This document shows, piece after piece, positions 7,969-12,795 of a DNA stretch of 12,795 nt. The notes under the pieces were generated by a model, which had not been told where the DNA came from, ran no database searches, and saw nothing but the letters and a program-made list of their open reading frames with translations. Source of the DNA: Candidatus Hermodarchaeota archaeon. Its GTDB lineage: Archaea; Asgardarchaeota; Lokiarchaeia; Sigyniarchaeales; SOKP01. The stretch covers positions 1 through 12,795 of the forward strand of contig JBHLLP010000062.1 in NCBI GenBank assembly GCA_048885525.1. Reading direction: 5' to 3'. Position 1 is the first letter of the stretch. Every line of letters starts with the position of its first letter. The position numbers and the translations under genes were made by a program.

Positions 7969-8601
7969 TTATAAAAAATAATTTTTAAACATGTTTAGTT
8001 CTCTTTCTTCACCAACGGAAGTAATACCCATGTGCCCCGGAAATATTAAGAAATTATTAGTAATTTCAGGATTATACATAATTTTTTTTTTAATACTTTC
8101 AAACAAGAGGTGTGAATTTCCTCCTCTTAGGTCTGATCTACCGATACTACGACGAAATATTAAATCACCAGTAAAAATTACTCCGTCAATCTTCTGACCC
8201 TCAAATTCCTTGAGATCTTTTGAATAGTAAGATAACGCACCCGGAGAGTGTCCTGGAGTTTCAAGGACTTTTAAAGTCAATTCTCCAACATGGATCGAGT
8301 CTCCTTCAGTAAGCCATTTATCTGCTTTTTTCTGAGTAAATATTCCAGATTCAAATTCCTTTTTACAAAACATTAGAGGAATTTCAAAATATCGTAATAT
8401 TTTACCAAGCTTTAAAGTGTGGTCATAATGACCATGCGTTAATAATAAAACAATTGGTTTTACATTTAGTTTTTCGATGACATCGATAATTGTTTCGGGT
8501 TCCCCTCCAACATCAATGATCACTACTTCATGAGTTTTACTTGAACCAAAAATGTAGGAGTTAGTGCCAAGTGGTCCCACAATGAGTCTTTTTAATATCA
8601 A
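7969..8601 (-). CDS. MBL-fold metallo-hydrolase (glyoxalase II-like, YcbL/GloC type)
   Basis: VGPLGTNSY, THGHYDH (HxHxDH), ETPGHSPG, FTGDLIF, SIGRSDL and PGHMG; TTG start. Confidence 0.92.
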   Translation of the reverse strand: MILKRLIVGPLGTNSYIFGSSKTHEVVIIDVGGEPETIIDVIEKLNVKPIVLLLTHGHYDHTLKLGKILRYFEIPLMFCKKEFESGIFTQKKADKWLTEGDSIHVGELTLKVLETPGHSPGALSYYSKDLKEFEGQKIDGVIFTGDLIFRRSIGRSDLRGGNSHLLFESIKKKIMYNPEITNNFLIFPGHMGITSVGEERELNMFKNYFL

Positions 8602-8649
8602 AAGAATTACACTTCTTTGAGAATTAAAGGTCGAAAAAAAATAGAGAAA

Positions 8650-8934
8650 TTATTTTTTAACCATGTTGTTAATCTCGTTTAATTTCTCGTAGACATCCAA
8701 ACCCTTTTTCGTTAGTTTGATAGACTTTACCTTATGTGTGTTTGTAATCTCTATAAGACCTTTTTTAACTAATTCATCTTTTACTCGAAAGAATGAGTTG
8801 TAGTATGAAAATTTATTCAATTCGTTGTAAAATGTATGCTTATCAGTTTGGTAGTCTTTTTGATTTATCAAAACATGTAGTGTATCTTTAAAACCCTTTT
8901 TTTTTAAAAGTCCGATTAATTCTTCAAATATCAC
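8650..8934 (-). CDS. Small winged helix-turn-helix protein, putative transcriptional regulator
   Basis: SFFRVKDELVKKGLIEI...KSIKLTKKGLDVYEKL is a typical wHTH recognition-helix/wing end (L-x-x-x-GLI...LT-x-KG). I prefer the GTG at 8934 (AGGT upstream) over the track's ATG at 9000, but the start is uncertain. Confidence 0.8.
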   Translation of the reverse strand: MIFEELIGLLKKKGFKDTLHVLINQKDYQTDKHTFYNELNKFSYYNSFFRVKDELVKKGLIEITNTHKVKSIKLTKKGLDVYEKLNEINNMVKK

Positions 8935-9010
8935 GTTCCCATACCTAATTAAAATGTTTAGAAATATTGTACTAATTTGTAATTGAAAATTAAAGCCCAT
9001 TAAAAAACCT

Positions 9011-9043
9011 TATGATCATATTTATTAAGTTCATCTATAAATT
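9011..9043 (-). promoter_or_regulatory. Candidate TATA (TTTATAGA) with downstream perfect 10-bp palindrome TATGATCATA
   Basis: TTTATAGA on the minus strand at 9034-9041 points at the wHTH gene. The palindrome at 9011-9020 lies next to the expected transcription start. Confidence 0.35.
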
Positions 9044-9248
9044 ACTCTATAGAAATTATGGTTAGATGTTTTTTTAAAAATATAATTTAAAAGATTGCTT
9101 TATTTAGTTCTTTTTTACAGCTTTTTCAGTTGTGTGGGTAAATAATTTGAAAAGTTATAATTTTTTCGATAAAAGCGTCTTATTAGTGAACAATGTTGAT
9201 ATATTTTCATTCTTTCTTATTTTGAGATTTCTATTAAGTATTTGGAAT

Positions 9249-9278
9249 AGTGGGAAAAGAGTGGGAAAAGTTTAAATA
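9249..9278 (+). promoter_or_regulatory. Tandem 11-bp direct repeat (AGTGGGAAAAG x2) forming a BRE, followed by TATA box TTTAAATA
   Basis: AGTGGGAAAAG at 9249-9259 and 9260-9270, immediately followed by TTTAAATA at 9271-9278, which ends 23 nt before the ATG at 9302. Confidence 0.65.
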
Positions 9279-9301
9279 GATCCAATTTCTATAAATTTAT
9301 A

Positions 9302-9481
9302 ATGAACCGTGAAGAATTAAATGAACAAATCGTTAGAGGTGATGATAAAAAACTAAAAATTAGTTCAATTATAATTAAAAGTATTGAGGAAAGTGATAGG
9401 AAAATCAATGTAATTCCCAAATTAAAATTCTATAAGATCAAAGAAAGAATCTTAGAAAGTTATATCAATACTATTAAGTAG
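9302..9481 (+). CDS. Small hypothetical protein (59 aa), probably leaderless
   Basis: MNREELNEQIVRGDDKKLKISSIIIKSIEESDRKINVIPKLKFYKIKERILESYINTIK*. Purine-rich, coding-like composition, and a BRE/TATA spaced for a start site at or near the ATG. Not in the ORF track. Confidence 0.6.
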   Translation: MNREELNEQIVRGDDKKLKISSIIIKSIEESDRKINVIPKLKFYKIKERILESYINTIK

Positions 9482-9607
9482 TATCTGAAAAAAGGATAAT
9501 TGAAAATCCATCACTTATAATATTTAAGCATAATCAAATATCATTCAACTTTTTTATTGATAATATCGATAATTTCTTAATTCTTTATTTTTTTTATAAT
9601 TATATTT

Positions 9608-10501
9608 ATGACTGTTGAATCTGATATTATAATACTTGGTCATTTAGCTAAAGATATCATCGAGATAGATGGAAATAGCATATCTTCATTAGGGGGTGCA
9701 GTTTATTATGGTGGAATAGCTGGCAGCCATATGGGTCTTAAAATAACCGTTATCACAAGATTAAAAGAAGAAGATTTCTCTTTGTTAACGATTTTCAAAA
9801 AATATGGAGTTAATTATTATGCTTATCCTTCTGAGGAAACTTCAGGTTTAAAAAATATTTATTCTTCTAAAAATGTGGAGTTTAGGAGCTACGAGTCTCT
9901 TGGTTTTGCTGGAATATTTAAAAAAGAAGAAATTCCAAACATAAATACTAAATTTTTTGTTATAGGTCCTATTGTAGCAGGTGAAATCGATTTAGATTTG
10001 TTAGATTACGTATATGAGAAGTATTCAGAAAAACTCTGTTTGGATATTCAAGGATTTATTAGAGTTAGGGAGCAGAGTAAGGTTATTTATCAAGATCTTT
10101 CAAAAACTAATAAGGAGTTAATTCTAACAAAAGTAAATGTTCTGAAACTCGATCAGAAAGAAGCAGAAATCCTCACTCAACAAAAAAATATTTATAAAGC
10201 AGCTAAAGAAATAGCAGAGTTTGGACCAAGAGAGATTCTTATAACCCATGAAAAAGGAATTTCTGTATTTACGCTAAATGACTTATTTTTTTTTCCCTGG
10301 AAAAATAAAAGATCAGAAGGGAGAACTGGGAGGGGAGATACTGCTTTTATTAGTTATTTAGGTTCGAGATTAACCAAGAACCCTGAACAATCCTTAAAGT
10401 TTGCAGCAGCTCTTACATCTCTTAAACTAGAACAACCAGGACCTTTCATGCTACCATTGTTTCAGGTTGAAGAATTAATTAAAAAGGAGTATGGATTTTA
10501 A
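9608..10501 (+). CDS. PfkB/ribokinase-family kinase, predicted PPi-dependent myo-inositol kinase type
   Basis: ILGHLAKD, SLGGAVYYGG, LDIQGFIR, KLDQKEA, and a variant anion-hole motif GRTGRGDT in place of DTxGAGD; C-terminal AAALTSLKLEQPGP. Confidence 0.88.
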   Translation: MTVESDIIILGHLAKDIIEIDGNSISSLGGAVYYGGIAGSHMGLKITVITRLKEEDFSLLTIFKKYGVNYYAYPSEETSGLKNIYSSKNVEFRSYESLGFAGIFKKEEIPNINTKFFVIGPIVAGEIDLDLLDYVYEKYSEKLCLDIQGFIRVREQSKVIYQDLSKTNKELILTKVNVLKLDQKEAEILTQQKNIYKAAKEIAEFGPREILITHEKGISVFTLNDLFFFPWKNKRSEGRTGRGDTAFISYLGSRLTKNPEQSLKFAAALTSLKLEQPGPFMLPLFQVEELIKKEYGF

Positions 10502-11258
10502 AATGAGGGTTGGGGGAATAATTGATATCTCAACCAAGGATATACCTCAGAAATCGGCTATGGTTATTTTTACAGTTGGTTGTAATTTAAGTTGTGGATT
10601 TTGTCACAATAAGCATTTATTAAATAGGGATGTAGGACGTGATATCAAAATAAATGAGTTAATTGATAATGTTAAAAGTAATTTATTAGTCCGTGGAGTA
10701 AGTATCAGTGGAGGAGAACCCACACTTCAAAGCGATTTGTTAGATTTATGTAAAGAAATGGAAAAACTTGGAAAATATATAAGTATTGATACAAATGGCA
10801 CAAATCCAGAATTAATAAAAGAACTTCTGCCCTATATTAATAGGATTGCTTTAGATTTAAAAGGACCTTTAAAATCTCAACGACTAAAACAGATCACAGG
10901 TAGTACAATTGATCCAAAAGCAATAATTCAAACTATCAATCTTGTAAATAAACAAAAAGATGTTGATTTTGAAATAAGAACAACCTATGTTGGTAATTTA
11001 ATGAAACCTCAAGACATACATAAGATTGTTAGATTTCTTAAAAAAGCCAATTTTCGAGGAGAATTTGTTTTACAGCAATATCAATACTCAGAACATGTTG
11101 GAGAAAAATATAAAGAGATTTATTATATACCAGAACACATTACTTTATTAAAAATTCTCAATAATTACATAAAATTAAATCTTCCTTTTCAAATATTTAT
11201 CCGAGATAATGTAATCGGTTATAGTAATATCAATGATATAAAAGTTAATGATTTTTAA
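10491..11258 (+). CDS. nrdG: Radical SAM glycyl-radical activating enzyme, anaerobic ribonucleotide reductase activase (NrdG-like)
   Basis: IFTVGCNLSCGFCHN (CxxxCxxC), SISGGEPTLQ, IDTNGT, IALDLKG, FEIRTT and VLQQY. The start is either 10491 (overlapping the kinase stop) or the second ATG at 10503 (MRVGG). Confidence 0.8.
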   Translation: MDFKMRVGGIIDISTKDIPQKSAMVIFTVGCNLSCGFCHNKHLLNRDVGRDIKINELIDNVKSNLLVRGVSISGGEPTLQSDLLDLCKEMEKLGKYISIDTNGTNPELIKELLPYINRIALDLKGPLKSQRLKQITGSTIDPKAIIQTINLVNKQKDVDFEIRTTYVGNLMKPQDIHKIVRFLKKANFRGEFVLQQYQYSEHVGEKYKEIYYIPEHITLLKILNNYIKLNLPFQIFIRDNVIGYSNINDIKVNDF

Positions 11259-12576
11259 TTGATTTAGTTTCGATTTTAGATTTCATTCCGTAGAATACAA
11301 CTATTCCACAGAGTATTATTATCACTTGAATGATTATAACCAACCAATCAAAAGTAAATAACAAAGCTATACAAATAATAGAACCTAAAAGAGCAATAAT
11401 TGGCACTCCTTTATAGCTTGGTTTTAATTTAAAGGGTCTTTCTGCGTTTGGTTTACGTTTCCTTAAAACAATCAAACTAATATTTACTAAGAAAAAATTT
11501 ATAAGCACTCCAAATACAGTAGCATGTGCAACTATAGAAATGTCTCCAAAAAAAATTGGAATAATTGTAAAACCCATAGTCAATAACACTGAAATTATAG
11601 GAGTTCTAAATTTTGGTGAGATTCTCTTTAACCCCCTGGGAAGTGCTTTATCACGTGCCATACCATACATCATTCGAGATGTTACTATTAACATTATGAG
11701 AACTGTATTTGCTGTAGCAAATAAAGCAATTAGAGACATAATGATACCTCCAATAGGGCCCATAACGGCTTCAGCAACATCTTTTAAAGGAGCATCTGAA
11801 GCACTAATTGTAGAAAAAGGTAAAATACTGACCACTGATATTGCTGTGAAGCAATACAAGATTGTGGTAATGATAATTGAGTAGATAATTGCCTTGGGAA
11901 GGTTTTTATGAGGTTCTTTCACTTCTTCAGCAATATTCGCAATATCTTCAAATCCTATATAAGCGAAAAAGATTAATGCAACTGCAGAAAAAATTACAAC
12001 AAAAGAAGATCCTGATGGAAGTATGAAAAAGTTCGGTTCTTGCTGTCCAAAGAAGCCAATTACTATAATTATAATTAAACCCGATGCTTCAATTAATGTA
12101 AAAACTATATTAGTACGAGTTGATGTCTTAATCCCAATAAAATTTATTAAACTGAGAATGAATACTAAGATGACTGCAAAAATAATATTAAAAACGATTG
12201 AGGGTATCCCCATTAAATCTGATAAATATCCTCCAAATGCCAAAGCAACAGTTGATGCAGATAGTATTCCTGAGAAAATGATTATCCATCCTAAAATAAA
12301 TGATAGTATCCTGATTTTAAATGCTTCTTCTGTATAAACGAACTCAGCTGCACTTTTTGGGTACATTGCAGAAAGTTCAGCATATGATAAACCTGTTAAT
12401 GCACCTGTTATAGAAGCTAAAACAAAAGCAAGCCAAGAGAGATTACCTGTTATCCCTACAACTTCTCCTATTAATGCGTAAATTCCCGCACCTAACACAT
12501 TTCCTATACCGTATACTGTAAGTGCAAATAATGAAACTCTACGCTTCAGTTTTGGTTTTTTTTTAGCTTCTTCCAT
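11245..12576 (-). CDS. APC superfamily amino-acid permease (ApcT-like, about 12 TM)
   Basis: TM1 GIGNVLGAGIY, SYAELSAMYP, TM6 FFAYIGFEDIANIAEEVKEP, SRMMYGMARD and LRKRKPNAERPF. GGAG SD upstream. Confidence 0.93.
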   Translation of the reverse strand: MEEAKKKPKLKRRVSLFALTVYGIGNVLGAGIYALIGEVVGITGNLSWLAFVLASITGALTGLSYAELSAMYPKSAAEFVYTEEAFKIRILSFILGWIIIFSGILSASTVALAFGGYLSDLMGIPSIVFNIIFAVILVFILSLINFIGIKTSTRTNIVFTLIEASGLIIIIVIGFFGQQEPNFFILPSGSSFVVIFSAVALIFFAYIGFEDIANIAEEVKEPHKNLPKAIIYSIIITTILYCFTAISVVSILPFSTISASDAPLKDVAEAVMGPIGGIIMSLIALFATANTVLIMLIVTSRMMYGMARDKALPRGLKRISPKFRTPIISVLLTMGFTIIPIFFGDISIVAHATVFGVLINFFLVNISLIVLRKRKPNAERPFKLKPSYKGVPIIALLGSIICIALLFTFDWLVIIIQVIIILCGIVVFYGMKSKIETKSIKNH

Positions 12577-12661
12577 TTGGTCTCCCTTATTAACAATAAA
12601 TAATTAGATCATCAATTCTATAAGAAATAAAGTTATTTATTATCATTTTATTTTCTTTGGC

Positions 12662-12795
12662 TTATTTTAGACCATATTTAGGTTTTCTTTTTCCAAAGAA
12701 AGCACTTGATGCCTCGTTTACATCTTTAGATGAGAAACTTAAAACGATCGAACTATTTTCAAATTGTAATATATTATTTAAACTTGGAGAATCTA
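12662..12795 (-). CDS. C-terminal fragment of an enoyl-CoA hydratase/isomerase (crotonase) family protein; 5' part outside the window
   Basis: ...DSPSLNNILQFENSSIVLSFSSKDVNEASSAFFGKRKPKYGLK* matches the crotonase C-terminal pattern (L-x-x-x-L-x-x-E...S-x-D-x-x-E-x-x-x-AF-x-x-KRKP-x-aromatic). Only 43 aa are visible. Confidence 0.72.
   Translation of the reverse strand, partial: DSPSLNNILQFENSSIVLSFSSKDVNEASSAFFGKRKPKYGLK

Noticed and set aside
7991-8197. 68-aa + strand ORF
   Set aside because: Antisense shadow of the MBL hydrolase.
7969-8601. MBL-fold gene as a beta-lactamase or defence nuclease
   Set aside because: Motifs and size fit the housekeeping glyoxalase II-like family; no signal peptide, beta-CASP domain or defence context.
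8935-9000. N-terminal extension of the wHTH ORF from the ATG at 9000
   Set aside because: Reads like AT-rich intergenic sequence (MGFNFQLQISTIFLNIL), and the GTG at 8934 has an SD-like motif and gives a compact wHTH. Not fully excluded.
9249-9270. Direct repeat as a CRISPR remnant or target-site duplication
   Set aside because: Only two adjacent 11-bp units with no spacer, cas gene or transposase; better explained as a promoter element.
11245-11258. 14-bp convergent overlap of the activase and permease 3' ends
   Set aside because: Short tail-to-tail overlaps are common in compact genomes; no evidence of a regulatory role.
11540-12337. 114-aa and 104-aa + strand ORFs
   Set aside because: Antisense shadows of the APC permease.

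Overview
Very AT-rich, gene-dense chromosomal window that is most likely from an Asgard archaeon of the Lokiarchaeia type. This is an inference from two roadblock/LC7 genes, a giant sequon-rich membrane-anchored surface protein, a vWA-zinc-finger protein, BRE/TATA promoters and oligo-T terminators. I read 12 coding regions, three of them absent from the ORF track: (i) a partial vWA + tandem C4HC3 RING-like gene at <1..1119 (-), whose motifs and domain order resemble eukaryotic TFIIH p44/Ssl1 and Rpn10-type vWA domains; (ii) a 59-aa ORF at 9302..9481 with a clean BRE/TATA; (iii) the 3' end of a crotonase-family gene at the right edge. The other genes encode an M20 (ArgE/DapE-like) metallopeptidase, a 1372-aa surface protein, a divergent roadblock pair (one MglB/LAMTOR2-like, one strongly DYNLRB-like), an MBL-fold hydrolase, a winged-helix protein, a PfkB kinase with the signature of PPi-dependent myo-inositol kinases, an NrdG-like radical SAM activase and an APC amino-acid permease. 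I saw no RNA genes, CRISPR arrays or mobile elements. All comparisons with reference proteins are from memory and need confirming by alignment.
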